Position numbers and translations under genes: made by a program
The notes under the pieces: generated by a model
Database searches by the model: none
What the model saw: only the letters and a program-made list of their open reading frames with translations
Told to the model about the DNA's origin: nothing
Assembly (NCBI GenBank): GCA_964016885.1
Contig: OZ024742.1
Span: 365,552,001 to 365,616,000, forward strand
Reading direction: 5' to 3'
DNA from: Eledone cirrhosa
Lineage: Eukaryota
DNA: 64,000 nucleotides
Shown here: positions 1 through 12,951 of the stretch, in pieces
Numbering within the stretch: position 1 is the stretch's first letter
Layout of the letters: every line of letters begins with the position of its first letter

Positions 1-670
1 AGGTTCTCAACGGGGGGCATATGCACCCCCGAGGGGCGTTTCGGAACTCCATGGGGCGTTTGGGAGCAAGGTCGCGTAGGGGGCGTTTAGAGCTGGGGGA
101 GGAGTGTTAGGGGGCGCTAGAAGGCTCTTTATTTTGGTAAGTTTTATAAGCCATATTTGTATGTCTTTAAGACAGCCAGTGTGAATGCATTTGAATGAGC
201 TTGCAGACAGCATAACTATAGTCTGACCGCAGGTGTGCAGGCATGTCCGGTAATTGAGACGTTAACCGGTAATTGAGATCCTAAAAATGGAAAAACCCAC
301 AGTCAACTGGGTCAAAGACACTTTGAGCGCAGCCAGTTAGAATCTTATTTTTCCTTCACCGATAACAATGTATTTCATATCTGAAATTATTGACTCAACC
401 GCAACGAGTTAACACTATGTAGATCTATTTTATTCCCTATTGTATAAATAATATTACAAATAAAAAAAAAGAAAAAAAAAATAGGACCCACATACAACAC
501 ATAATCAGATAATACACACATCTTTGGAATATTGTTAATCAATTTTTTAGTAATCTACGGATATAAAAATCAGTAGTGTATTGAAAAATGGAAAAATAGG
601 GGGGGGGGGGCGTTTCGTGATTTCGTGGGACAAAAGGGGGCGTTTGGCCTAAATGGGTTGAGAACCTGTG
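1..670. mobile_element. hAT (Charlie/Buster-like) non-autonomous element, left end clipped by window
   Basis: AGGTTCTCAAC at 1-11 is the inverse of GTTGAGAACCT(GTG) at 657-670; followed by GTGTAAAC, an NNNTANNN-type 8-bp candidate target duplication; no ORF. Confidence 0.65.
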
Positions 671-954
671 GTGTAAACCATTGTTCACTAAACCATAATT
701 TTGTCGTTGTTGATCCATAACTACTTATTAGTCATCAGCCTCTGTATATTGAGCTTATTACAGTACAGCTCTATGGTAATACACATATATCATACATATA
801 TCATACATAAGGCTAAATAGTAACTAACACAGAGTGGTATGGGCACCGGTATGTCATGGACCTGTATATAGCTGTATACAGATCAAACCATAACCAATAT
901 CTTACAGAGAAGGGCAGAAAGAACGCTAGATTAGAGATATAGAGAAATTGGAGA

Positions 955-1025
955 AGAATAGACACCAGTACTGGACAGTTACTCTATTTATTGACCTCGA
1001 AAGGATGAAATGTAAAGTTTCTTTG
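955..1025 (-). mobile_element. Degenerate tRNA-SINE core fragment
   Basis: TTTATTGACCTCGAAAGGATGAAATGTAAAGT matches the core of the SINE copies at 40038 and 49284. Confidence 0.5.
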
Positions 1026-1100
1026 AAAGAGCACGGTGACCTGGAGCAAATACAGAGGTATTTCTAATTCGACACCCTATCGACTCCCCGATCTCTCTCC

Positions 1101-1219
<119 letters not shown>

Positions 1220-1263
1220 GATAAATCTACCAAAATATACGGTAGTGTCCAATCCGTATAATT

Positions 1264-1295
<32 letters not shown>

Positions 1296-1370
1296 CCCAC
1301 TCTACTACTCTAAGTATTGAGTACTCTGGTGCGTTATGGTCCATCTGGTTCCTTACCACATTTCCTTTGT

Positions 1371-1373
<3 letters not shown>
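1296..1373 (+). mobile_element. Family A 3' tail in (TA)n
   Basis: CCCACTCTACTACTCTAAGTATTGAGTACTCTGGTGCGTTATGGTCCATCTGGTTCCTTACCAC recurs near 33281, 47060, 52107 and 61311. Confidence 0.75.
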
Positions 1374-1404
<31 letters not shown>

Positions 1405-2529
1405 AAAATGAGTTTTTTTTTAATGAAAATAAACGAGATGTCCTACACGAGTGAAACTATAAGGAAAAAAGATGAAATCGAAAATGCATCTGGAGTCTTT
1501 TCAAGAATATTTATTTGTTTCCTTTACCGGTTTCATAGTTCTCATGCTTTTCAAAAGTAGAGTTGAGAAGGAGGGTTTGTTAGGCTCTTAACTCCCCATG
1601 AAGTGGTAGGGGCACTCTTGGTGTATACTGGTACATGTTGTGTTTAGGTCATTTTCAATACAGTGAAGTCCATCCCGGGCTAATCCGATTTCTTTCAGAG
1701 AGACGTGCATTATATTAGTACAGCAAATCTACATGTTTCTTTATTAATGGTGGGTACGTACATATATTTGTAAACGTATCTACAAACATACTGGCCCTCG
1801 GTTTTCTTTAGTCCTCTCTCGATGAAGAGTGTCCCAGTTGTTTGAGCAATGGACTGTCCAGTTTGTGAAGTTAAAATGCAACGGGTTTTGCATTCACAGA
1901 CACTTGTATCCTGAATGTAATTTTCGAGTTGATTCAGTGTGGCAGTGTGTGTGACAACGTTGGGTCTTTCAGTTACAGATACGACTAATATTTACTGTCT
2001 GAGTGGACTGGAGAGATGTAAAGTACCATACAACGTACCACCGCCTAGAATCAAACTCTTGCCATTATAATCAAGAACCATATTCACTAACTACTTAGCC
2101 ACATACATACACTCATGCGTTGTAATAAATATATTTACTGCAATTTTATAACATCCATCACTGTGAACGTTAGAAAAGCAGACATCCGTGAAGAATACCC
2201 AAAATATCTGTTTTAATAACAGTTGCTACTCATATCTTTTTGAATATATAAAGAAAAGTAGAATTTAAATTGAGAATGGCAACAACAGGAAGTAGAATTC
2301 TTTAAAAACAGCCAAGCCATCATAAATTTAGAGAAAACAACCCCATCACCACCACCAAGGATTTTTAACTAAATTATTTGTTAAATATAATTTTCTATTT
2401 TAGATGTACTTGTAAAGGAAATGATTTGATCCAACATTGAAACTAAAACTCCTACTGCCTGCTACAGTGATTTTAGTCAAAAGACACAAAAACCGTGAAA
2501 TGCTTATAATATTTATTATGTAATTTCTC

Positions 2530-3007
2530 GTGTCAAAAGTTTAGACTTTCTAGAACCTGGTCACTAACAGAGGTTCAAGTCACGGGAGAGTGTTGACGGT
2601 GTCAAAAGTTTAGACTTTCTAGGACCTGGTCACTAACAGAGGTTCAAGTCACGGGAGAGTGTTGACGGTGTCAAAAGTTTAGACTTTCTAGAACCTGGCC
2701 ACTAACAGAGGTTCAAGTCACGGGAGAGTGTTGACGGTGTCAAAAGTTTAGACTTTCTAGAACCGGCCACTAACAGAGGTTCAAGTCACGGGAGAGTGTT
2801 GACGGTGTCAAAAGTTTAGACTTTCTAGAACCGGCCACTAACAGAGGTTCAAGTCACGGGAGAGTGTTGACGGTGTCAAAAGTTTAGACTTTCTAGAACC
2901 GGCCACTAACAGAGGTTCAAGTCACGGGAGAGTGTTGACGGTGTCAAAAGTTTAGACTTTCTAGAACCGGCCACTAACAGAGGTTCAAGTCACGGGAGAG
3001 TGTTGAC
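2530..3007. repeat. Minisatellite, 68-69 bp x7
   Basis: Unit GTGTCAAAAGTTTAGACTTTCTAGAAC...GAGAGTGTTGACG starts at 2530, 2599, 2668, 2737, 2805, 2873, 2941. Confidence 0.95.
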
Positions 3008-3093
3008 CATTTCATAACAAAATACCAAAAATATATTTAGGAAATTTAAACGATTTTTGTTGTGTTTTAAATGGCTCAAATAACACTTCCACA

Positions 3094-4020
3094 TTCTTCT
3101 TCTTCTTCTTCTTCTTCTTCTTCTTCTTCTTCTTCTTCTTCTTCTTCTTCTTCTTCTTCTTCTTCTTCTTCACGTGCGATGGTCGTGAGAAGACAGAGTC
3201 CTCAAACACACTTCCCAGCGAGTGGTGGTGATGGTGATGGTGGTTGTGGTGGTGATGGTGGTGGTGGTGGTGGTGATGGTGGTGGTGGTGATCGTGATGG
3301 TGGTGGTGGTGATGGTGATGGTGGGGGTGGGGTGGTGATGATGGTAATGGTGGTGTTGGTGGTGGTGATGGTGATGGTGATGGTGATTGTGGTGGTGGTG
3401 AGGGTGAGGGTGTGTTTGTGTTGGTGATGGTGGTGGTGGTATTGTTGGTGGTGGTGGAGTTGTGATGTAATATTTGATGTTGGGTTAGAGTGGTGACGTG
3501 CTGCTGCTGGTGGTGGTTGTGTTGGTGGTGATGGTGGTGGTTGTGTTGGTGGTGGTGGTGATGGTGGTGATGGTGGTGGTAGTGATGGTGATGATGGTGG
3601 TGGTGGTGATGGTGGTGATGGTGGTGATGGTGGTGGTGGTGATGTTGGTGATGGTGGTGGTCGTGATGGTGATGGTGGTGGTGGTGGTGATGGTGGTGAT
3701 GGTGGTGGTGGTGATGGTGATGGTGGTAATGGTGGTGATGGTGGTTGTGTTGGTGGTGGTGGTGATGATGGTGGTGGCGATGGTGGTGGTGGTTATGGTG
3801 ATGGTGGTGACGGTGGTGGTGGTGGTTGTAGTGGTGATGATGACGGTGGTAAAGTGGTGGTAGTGGTGGAAGTGGTGTTGGTGGTGGTGGTGTTGGTGAT
3901 GGTGGTGGTGATGGTGGTAGTGTTGGAGGGAGGTAGTGGTAGTGGTAGTGTTGGAGGTAGTGTGAGTAGTGATGGTTGTGAGTGTGACAGCTCTGGTGTT
4001 GCTGCTGTTGTTGTTGCAAT
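3094..4020. repeat. (TCT)n plus degenerate (GGT/GAT)n trinucleotide tract
   Basis: Direct reading; source of the poly-His/poly-Val ORFs. Confidence 0.95.
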
Positions 4021-4246
4021 TGCTGTTATTGTTTACGTGGATGGCTTCTAAATATTCGATTTATCGATTAGTTCCAATAGATCGTCTCTGACTTCCATGT
4101 CTGACGTCTTCTACTCAGCCTATCATATTGATGGCCGACAATATGGAGAACTTTGGCAGTTCGCCCAATACTTCGCCATTGATATCATACACACACACAC
4201 ACATATATATATGTATACATGTATATATATATATATATATACGCTC

Positions 4247-4287
<41 letters not shown>

Positions 4288-4291
4288 GCTC

Positions 4292-4347
<56 letters not shown>

Positions 4348-4392
4348 TACGGATCTTTATTTTGATATATAGATATATATATATAGATATAG

Positions 4393-4431
<39 letters not shown>

Positions 4432-4436
<5 letters not shown>

Positions 4437-4938
4437 TTGCGAGGTTTTTTATATGAAATCGTGTCGAAACAAATATTGTTATACTTGGGGAGGGTCATAT
4501 TTGTGTAATATTGCCAGAATTAATAACAGAACACACTCACTGTTTGGTCGGTTTTCGCTTCTGTGTCTTTTATATCAGTTAATTTAATTTATTCGGTCCT
4601 CAATGTTGTCATTGACTGACCAACGGTCAAAAATACAGATACAATATAGACACGAACACATATATATAGTCTATCAAAGTTCTTTCGTTGCACATCTGCA
4701 ACATCGTCAGTGTTGCTATTATGTTTCCTCCCGTTGCATTGTATGCCTACGCCATCTTTATTTAGTCTGTTTATTTATTTGTTTACATTTTTGTCTTCTC
4801 TGCGCATGCGTTTGCGTGTGTGTATAGTGTTTTGTTTGATGTGTGTTCGTGTTTGGGTGACTGTGTATTGGTTAATGTATTCTATCTTAGTTCACTAGTG
4901 TGTGTTTACATGTTTTTGTTGTTATTGTGTATATGTAT

Positions 4939-4973
<35 letters not shown>

Positions 4974-5346
4974 TACTTCTCTTAGGTCAGTGTTGTTTGC
5001 TTGGGTGTTGTTGTTAATCCATTCATTTTTTCTGTATTTTTGACCGTTGGTCAGTGGATGGTACCATTGAGGATCGAATAAATTAAATTAACCGATATAA
5101 AAGACACATAAGCGAAAACCGACCAAACAGTGACTGTGTTCTGTTATTAATTCTGGCAATATTATTACACAAATATGACCCTCCCCATATATATATATAT
5201 AATATATAGACAGACTGAATAAAAATGGCGTAGACATACAATACAACAGGAGGAAAAGATAGCACCACTGACGATGTTGCAGATGTGCAACGAAAGATTT
5301 ATGATAAACTATATATATGTGTTTGTGTCTATATTTATCTGTATTA

Positions 5347-5350
<4 letters not shown>
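4432..5350. mobile_element. Family C non-coding fold-back element with HHR-like cores
   Basis: About 4483-4770 reappears inverted in two permuted blocks at about 5030-5190 and 5205-5350; flanked by (TA)n; second copy at 32018-32335. Confidence 0.8.
5263..5305 (+). ncRNA. Hammerhead-like core, family C (stem I degenerate)
   Basis: CTGACGA-T-GTTGCA(GATG)TGCAAC-GAAA; minus-strand copies at about 4674-4714 and 32219-32259. Confidence 0.6.
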
Positions 5351-5401
<51 letters not shown>

Positions 5402-5402
<1 letters not shown>

Positions 5403-5582
5403 AGTAGAAGGGATATTTAACTTGTTGGAAATCTAACAGATATAAATGTTTATAACTGATTCACAGAACTTGACAGATTTCAATGATACTAAATAAATAG
5501 AAACTATATTTATAAAACCATATTTATTCTTAATAAATATGCTTTTATAAATATGGTTCCATTTATTTTATATCATTTTATA
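5402..5582. mobile_element. Family D short (TA)n insert ending in an AT-rich hairpin
   Basis: Homologous to 51322-51500 (GTAGAAG..ATATTTAA..TGTTGG..TTTATAACTGAT); both end in a roughly 30-40 bp inverted repeat. Confidence 0.6.
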
Positions 5583-5922
5583 TTTATATATATATATAAC
5601 AAAAGGAGATTTCACGTTAAGGTCTTTACTGAATATTTTGGGTCAACTCCCACCGTGTGGCTATAAGGCTTGTGTTTTCTAATATAGCCTCGCCGTGATC
5701 AATGGTAATCGCTGGTGAGTGCATATATGTATATGTCCTGCATTAAGCGCCGAAACATCTTGATCTCGATTTTACAGCTGATGAAGGATTTCTTTTCTTC
5801 TCTTGTTTCGTCCATACAACCATCTTAAACTGTTTTTAAGTAACTACACAGCTACTTTCGTTTTTTATAATTTTATATATATATACATATATATATATAG
5901 AATGTATATATATATTTATAAA

Positions 5923-5992
<70 letters not shown>

Positions 5993-5995
<3 letters not shown>

Positions 5996-6730
5996 TATGT
6001 ACACGTACATACATATATGTATACAGACGTACAGTAGTATGTATATATATATACATACATGCACACATATATATATATGCACGTATGGATTCACCGAACA
6101 TTTATTATAAAGCTCGGTGTGCTTGTAAACAAACAAACATCCCGTATTAAGCCGTAGTGTCCAGCAACCATCGTTGCTCGTTTGTTCAACATTGACAAAG
6201 GGACGCTGTACTAGTTTCAAGCTTATTAGCTATCGTCAGCAACGTATACCTTCCTGCCAGATTGTTGAACGTATATACTTACTTTATGCATATTAACGGC
6301 TGAGTAGCCCAATTTGCATATCGAGTGGGTTAATCGGCCGGGTGCACCGAAAACGATAAACAGGAAAGATGAAACGAAATTTCATTTCCCACTCTTAGTA
6401 CGGCTGTTACTGGCAGGAAGGTATACGTTGCTGACGATAGCTAATAAGTTTGAAACTAGTACAGCGTTCCTTTGTCAGTGTTGAACAAACGAGCAACGAC
6501 GGTTGCTGGACACTACGGCTTAATACGGGATGTTTGTTTACAAGCACACCGAGCATTATAATAAATGTTCGGTGAATCTATACGTGCATATATATATGTG
6601 TGCATGTATGTATATATATATACACACTACTGTACGTCTGTATACATATATGTATGTACGTGTACATACTTATATTTAAGTAACAGCCGTACTAAGAGTG
6701 GGAAATGAAATTTCGTTTCATTTTTTCCGT
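5993..6730. mobile_element. Family E fold-back element with HHR in both arms
   Basis: 5993-6260 inverted at about 6410-6672; 6364-6410 inverted at about 6679-6722; (TA)n flanks; remnant at about 61535-61700. Confidence 0.85.
6425..6467 (+). ncRNA. Minimal type I hammerhead ribozyme (family E)
   Basis: ACGTTG-CTGACGA-T-AGCT(AATA)AGYT-T-GAAA-CTAG-TA-CAGCGT: 6-bp stem I, palindromic stem III, GUA site; mirror copy 6203-6245 (-). Confidence 0.85.
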
Positions 6731-6859
6731 TTATATATATATATAGAATATATATATATATATATATATATAAATATATGTTATATATATATATATATAA
6801 AAATATATAATATATATATATTATATAATTGTGTGTATATTCTTTTTATATATATTTTT

Positions 6860-7528
6860 TTATGCGTGCGTGGGTGTGTATATAAATATTCGCATATTTG
6901 TAAGAGTGTATATGCGCCAGTGTGTGTGTATGGGTGGAGGGTCTCTATGTATATGTCTGTATGTGTTTGTGTGTACGGGTATATATACGCGTGTGCATGT
7001 GTATGCGCATGTATGTGTGTGTGTATGTTGATGTATATAGGCATGTGGGTAATTGTCTGTGTGCGTATGTGCCTCTCTGGATGCATGTATGCGTATATTT
7101 ATATGTTCTCCTTAAATGTGTGTGGATAGCGAGAGACTATGCGTATGACTGTCATTAACTGTGTGTGTGTGTGTTTGTGTGTGGATGTGTGAACAACCAA
7201 ACACAGCAGTAATTTATTGAAGTGTAGCAGACATGGGACAGCTAACGCCCTGATGGTCAGCCGACTGGTACCTGTGGTCAAATTATGGTGACGTCGATAA
7301 CCAGCGGCCAATCACAGGACGCGCGAAGAGGATGAAGTTTTTGACGGTACTGGCCCAGAGGGTCAGATACCCCAGCGAGAGAATATGCTCCCAAATCATT
7401 AGGCGTGTACGTCGAACCTGCGGGTTCAGAATCAGACAGATCCACACAATGATCGCGTCTCTAGCTGTCCGCCGGGGAAACAATTGTAACACACAATAGA
7501 GTTCAGATGCCTCACTGATTTTTCGTTT

Positions 7529-7530
<2 letters not shown>
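6860..7530 (+). mobile_element. Family F 3' segment with decayed HHR
   Basis: Ends GAAACAATTGTAACACAC...GATGCCTCACTGATTTTTCGTTTT; reverse-oriented homolog at 23546-24240. Confidence 0.65.
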
Positions 7531-7580
<50 letters not shown>

Positions 7581-7678
7581 CATGTAAGCATAAATGTGTT
7601 TATGTATGTAAACTTGTTTATAAACAGACGGGGAAGTCTGATGGATTTTATAGAGATCACAGTATATAAATCATAATA

Positions 7679-7741
<63 letters not shown>

Positions 7742-7895
7742 TGTTTGTGTGTGTGTGTGCGCGCGCGCGGTAGTGTGAAATGTGTGAGTGTGCATGTATA
7801 TCGTGGTGAGTAAGCAGTTTTTCTAAAGTGAATTATATAGCTGAAATTGATGTAATTATGTTTCTAGTAATTTCTGCTCGGAGGAGATGAAAGTC

Positions 7896-7932
<37 letters not shown>

Positions 7933-8013
7933 GGCTGAGATTAAAGTAAAAGTTATAGGAAGACACCACTTTACATCCACTCTACCAAATGTGTTAACTG
8001 ATTACACATACAT

Positions 8014-8668
8014 GATAGATAGATAGATAGATAGATGGATTTCTTTATTTGCCACAGGGGCGTACAAAAATGGGACATTACAAGACGTGACGGCGGGGGT
8101 TTTACATAAAAATAACTTTAACATTAATAAATAACAATAAACTATATATAATAAAATAACAATTGAAATCCCCAATAGGGGTGAACGTTGCTGCGGGGTT
8201 GTTTTACACCCTGTGGATACAACAACCCTCAACACCAGGAACAAGTTGTGTAGGTGTTCCTGTTTTCCCTCTGTTTATCTTCCTCAACCTACAGGTTTAT
8301 ATACTGAGAAGGCCCATTTACTCGGGCAATTTTTGCCCCAGTCACCCACCTTTCAGCGAATTTACTGGGATATAGCACCTCTCTCTCCACTCTCACCTTC
8401 CTTCTGAAGTGATACTTAAAGAAGGGGATAAGTTGTTGTCCGGAGAGAAAGGTGTTTTCCCTCAGTCCTTTTAACCTCGTCCACCATATTACCTCTTTCG
8501 CCATAGCCACCAGACAGAGGAAGACCGCCTCTCCCTCGTTCTTAAATGAAGGCGGCGGGGTGATCCTCACGATGGACTCAGCTGACAACTGGATGCGTCC
8601 CACACGTGACAGCGCCTGTCAACGTTTCGTATTCCTGTAATAGGTTGCCGATTACCCTGATTTCCGGT
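8014..8668 (-). mobile_element. 5'-truncated L1/Tx1-like LINE 3' end with (TCTA)n tail
   Basis: C-terminal ORF2-like peptide AMAKEVIWWTRLKG...FFKYHFRRKVRVER; AATAAA then (TCTA)n; paralogs at 10577 and 11276. Confidence 0.6.
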
Positions 8669-8751
8669 AGATAGATAGATAGATAGATACAGAGGGAAAT
8701 AGAGTTAATGAGAAATTATGTCCTCTGAAACACGCAGTCGCAATGATAACT

Positions 8752-9178
8752 TTAACCCTTTTCATAACAAAACGCTTCTGGTTCTACGAAAAAAATGTGT
8801 TTGGATTTTATTTTAAAGTGAATATATTTATCTAAAAAGTAAAAGATTTCCCATCAAATTTTCATGTAAGTGTTTAGGTTATGTTCCAAATGTCAGCTTA
8901 AAAATGAAAGGGCAGGTTAGTGTTATTAAATCTTCGAATTTTCGAATATTTTCTAAATCATTAGAAATATGGTGATGAAAATGTTAAAGTGTTTGTACTT
9001 ATTTAAAAGATTATCATATATTTATGTAACCTTTGTTAAGTAATGTTCCAAACACCGGAGTTATAATCGAATTCTTGTAGCATAGGTGAAAGGATAGACC
9101 AACACTTGATTAGTTTGAAAATCATTAAAAAATGATTGGCAGAGTGTTTTCTTAGAAATATGGTGTTGAAGAGTTAAT
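8752..9178. mobile_element. Degenerate piggyBac-like MITE
   Basis: TTAA-CCCTTTT...GAAGAG-TTAA ends; internal TTATGTTCCAAA motif also at about 49020 and 49745. Confidence 0.45.
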
Positions 9179-9202
9179 AGATTATATAATCAAATGATAT
9201 TG

Positions 9203-9430
9203 GTAGGGCAGAGTATTGGTAGTATCGCTAGAATGTCGGACAACATGCTTTATGGCATAGGGTTACACCCCTTTACGATCTGAGTTCAACTTCTGCCGAG
9301 GTTACCTTTGCCTTTCATCCTTATCGGATTAATAAATAAAGTACCAGTAATGCACTGGGGTTGATTTAATCGACTTCCCCCCCCCCCCTCCCAATAAATT
9401 GATGGTAGTGTGCCTAAATCAGAAACCAAT
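9203..9430 (+). mobile_element. tRNA-derived SINE
   Basis: A-box-like TGGTAGTATCG, B-box GAGTTCAACTTC, core GCCTTTCATCCTT...AAAGTACCAGTAATGCACTGGG. Confidence 0.8.
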
Positions 9431-9717
9431 ATTTATCCGTATATGTCTGAATATTTCTATCACGTAATTTACCGATTGAAATAAAGACATCGATAGAATA
9501 ATAAGTAAAAATGAATATAATCAATAGTGGAGTCGACATGATCAATAAATTGAAGGCCGCGCTCCAGCTGGTCACGAAGTGATCACTGAACACAATAAAA
9601 GGGGAAAAGAAAATGATATCATTAGTTTTTGTTGTGTTCACTTTTTCGCTATATTTCCCCTGTGATACGTTGATGAAATATGTGTTTCTTCTTAGCTGTA
9701 TAATCTGTGTAAAGCTG

Positions 9718-9858
9718 AACTGTGATAAATATGATATCTACTGGAGAGGATAGCACGAATGTAAACTGTGATAAATATGATATCTACTGGAGAGGATAGC
9801 ACGAATGTAAACTGTGATAAATATGATATCTACTGGAGAGGATAGCACGAATGTAAAC
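9718..9858. repeat. Tandem repeat 46 bp x3
   Basis: AACTGTGATAAATATGATATCTACTGGAGAGGATAGCACGAATGTA. Confidence 0.95.
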
Positions 9859-9950
9859 ACTAAACTGATGAGAAAATATTTTCAGACAATGGAGGAAGAT
9901 ATTAAGTTAAGATAAGAAATAATATAGCACCTATTGTTCATGCATGGCAA

Positions 9951-10015
<65 letters not shown>

Positions 10016-10037
10016 TGTATGTATTTGTGTGTCTGTG

Positions 10038-10086
<49 letters not shown>

Positions 10087-10104
10087 ATATATATATTTAC
10101 GTAA

Positions 10105-10164
<60 letters not shown>

Positions 10165-10576
10165 AGATATATGTACATGTATATTGATCACCCCTTTAAA
10201 AGGTAAAAACAGAAGAGAGCATAAGAAAATTATATAGCAATGTTTATAACATACTTTTTATATATTGTGAAAGCTCTGTGAATGAATCAAATTATGGAAG
10301 GAAATTGGAATATTTCTTTAGATAAACTTTCAATACAATCTCCAGAACCTTTGCATGTCATCACGCGAAATAGAATGGAAATACTTTGATTTTAATGATT
10401 GGAGTAGCTATCGATATATCCCTAGTTCAATATCGAGAGATCTTCGGTTGGTGTCTTTTTCTGATTGCAGAATCAATGACGAACGATAAATATTTACATT
10501 GCTAAACAATTCTCTGTGTGTGTGTATATATATAATGTGTGTGTGTACATACGTACATGCATCTATCGATCTATAG

Positions 10577-11199
10577 GCGGTTTTCCTGTGTTATGGCTAT
10601 GGCGAAAGAAGTTATATGGTGGACGAGGGTAAAAGGGCTGAGGTCAGAGACCTTTCTCTCCGGCGAGCAACTGATTCGTTTTTTCAAATATCATTTTGGA
10701 AGAATAATCAGGATGGAGAGAGAGGTGCTGTACCCCAGGATGGAGAGAGAGGTGCTGTACCCCAGGATGGAGAGAGAGGTGCTGTGCCCCAGGATGGAGA
10801 GAGAGGTGCTGTGCCCCAGGATGGAGAGAGAGGTGCTGTGCCCCAGGATGGAGAGAGAGGTGCTGTGCCCCAGCAAATTTTATAAAAGGTCGGTGAATAT
10901 GGCAAAGATGGCCCGAGTGGTTGGGCCTTCACTCTATATAAGCCTGGAGGTTGAGGAAAAAGAGGAAGAGAGGAAGGGAGTACTCACTCTTGGTGCTCCT
11001 GGAGATGAGGATTGTACATTTTTTCGGGGTGTGTACAACCCCTGTGTAACGCCTCTCCTCTATTGGGGATTTCAATTGTTATTTGTTATTTTATTAATAG
11101 TTTTATTTTCATATACCTGTATGTAAACTCCCCATTTGTATTTGTCCCCTTCTTTTGTGCTCTTGTGGCTAATAAAGAAATCTATCTATCTATCTATCT

Positions 11200-11200
<1 letters not shown>
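10577..11200 (+). mobile_element. L1/Tx1-like LINE 3' end with in-frame 27-bp x6 expansion
   Basis: AMAKEVIWWTRVKG peptide; (RMEREVLY/CP)x6 at 10709-10873; AATAAA and (TCTA)n tail. Confidence 0.65.
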
Positions 11201-11275
<75 letters not shown>

Positions 11276-11565
11276 AGGTGAGGAAGATGAAAGACCAAGG
11301 GAGCACCCCTTCTCTGTGCTCCTGAGGAGAAGGGTTGCACACTTTTTTCGGGGGTGTGTGCGACCCCCCAAGGCGCCTCCTCTCTATTGAGAATTTTGTT
11401 AAAAATTTTATTTTTTGTTATATCTTATTTTATTTTTATATTTTGTTATTGCCTCCTCCTTATTGAGGACGCCTTTTTGTGTAAACTCCCCCCTTTGTAC
11501 TTGTCCCACTTTTGATGCCCTAGTGGCAAATAAAAGAAATATATCTATCTATCTATCTATCTATC
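11276..11565 (+). mobile_element. 3' UTR-only copy of the same L1/Tx1-like family
   Basis: TTTTTCGGGGGTGTG...GTAAACTCCCC...GTGGCAAATAAAAGAAA then (TCTA)n; begins directly after (TCTA)n. Confidence 0.6.
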
Positions 11566-11798
11566 TCTATCTCGCTCTCTCTCTCCCTCTCTCTCTCTAT
11601 ATATATATGTATATATATATATATATTACATATAGAAATACCTTTAAACACACATTATATATATATATATTTATATATGTGTGCGTGTGTGTTTATATAC
11701 ACATATATATATTATTGTTTTATTGTTCTCTCAACAGGGCTGATAACAGGATTCGTGCACTTTACCTGTGTTGATTCACAATTGGTAAAGATCCAACT

Positions 11799-11868
<70 letters not shown>

Positions 11869-11871
<3 letters not shown>

Positions 11872-12951
11872 AGACGTAAGATAAGAAAATTATAAAATTA
11901 ACTTACTTACTAAAATATCACTTCCAACTAATTAGTTTCTGGAATGGAGTAGATACATCTTCCGAAGAAGGTGTAGAGAAACATCCCGTCATCAGGAAAG
12001 TCAATTCTCATATAAGTTCCAGGCAAAGCGAGGACACTGGAAGCTTATTAAAAATAAATCAGTGAATAGGAAATAGCAAAGCGTGGACTTACTTCCTAGC
12101 CATTGAGAAAATCACTGCCTCTGTGTCTGTGGCAAATTCAAAAATAATCGAACACGTGACAACGAGGTCAATCAGTGGAAAGTGGTTTGTTAATAAGACA
12201 GCGGCCTGCCTGCTACCATAGCAGCAGTCTTGGCCAATATTGCTCGACAAATAATTTGGAGATAATTATAAAGAATTAATATCTAGTAACATATATATAC
12301 ATACAGATGTATATCGATGCCAGCAAATATATATAGGTTTTGTCTTAATAACATTGTGGTTCAATGCATGGGGTTGCAAAACAATAATATAAGAGACGTA
12401 TGTATATATATGTTACTAGATATAAATTCTTTATTATTATCTCCAAAATATTTGTCGAGCAATACTGGCCATGACTGCTGCTACGGTAGCAGGCTAGCCG
12501 TTGTCTTATTAACAAACCACTTTCCACCGATTGACCTCGTTGTCACGTGTTCGATTCTTTTTGAATTTGCCACAGACACAGAGGCAGTGATTTTCTCAAT
12601 GGCTAGGAAGTAAGTCCACGCTTTGCTATTTCCTATTCACTGATTTATTTTTAATAAGCTTCCAGTGTCCTCGCTTTGCCTGGAACTTATATGAGAATTG
12701 ACTTTCCTGATGACGGGATGTTTCTCTACACCTTCTTCGGAAGATGTATCTACTCCATTCCAGAAACTAATTAGTTGGAAGTGATATTTTAGTAAGTAAG
12801 TTAATTTTATAATTTTCTTATCTTACGTCTCTTATATTATTGTTCTGCAACCCCATGCATTGAACCACAATGTTATTAAGACAAAACCTATATATTTGCT
12901 GGCATCGATATGCATTTGTATGTATATATATGTTACTAGATATAAATTCTT

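Noticed and set aside
1400-1865. Possible very old PLE 3' end with a decayed HHR near 1520-1560 (-)
   Set aside because: Core and peptide similarity too degraded to support a call
3012-4019. 335-aa His/Pro/Lys-rich ORF
   Set aside because: Translation of (ACC/ATC)n and (AAG)n microsatellites
5770-5840. CTGATGA as a possible hammerhead core
   Set aside because: No convincing GAAA, stem III or stem I partner
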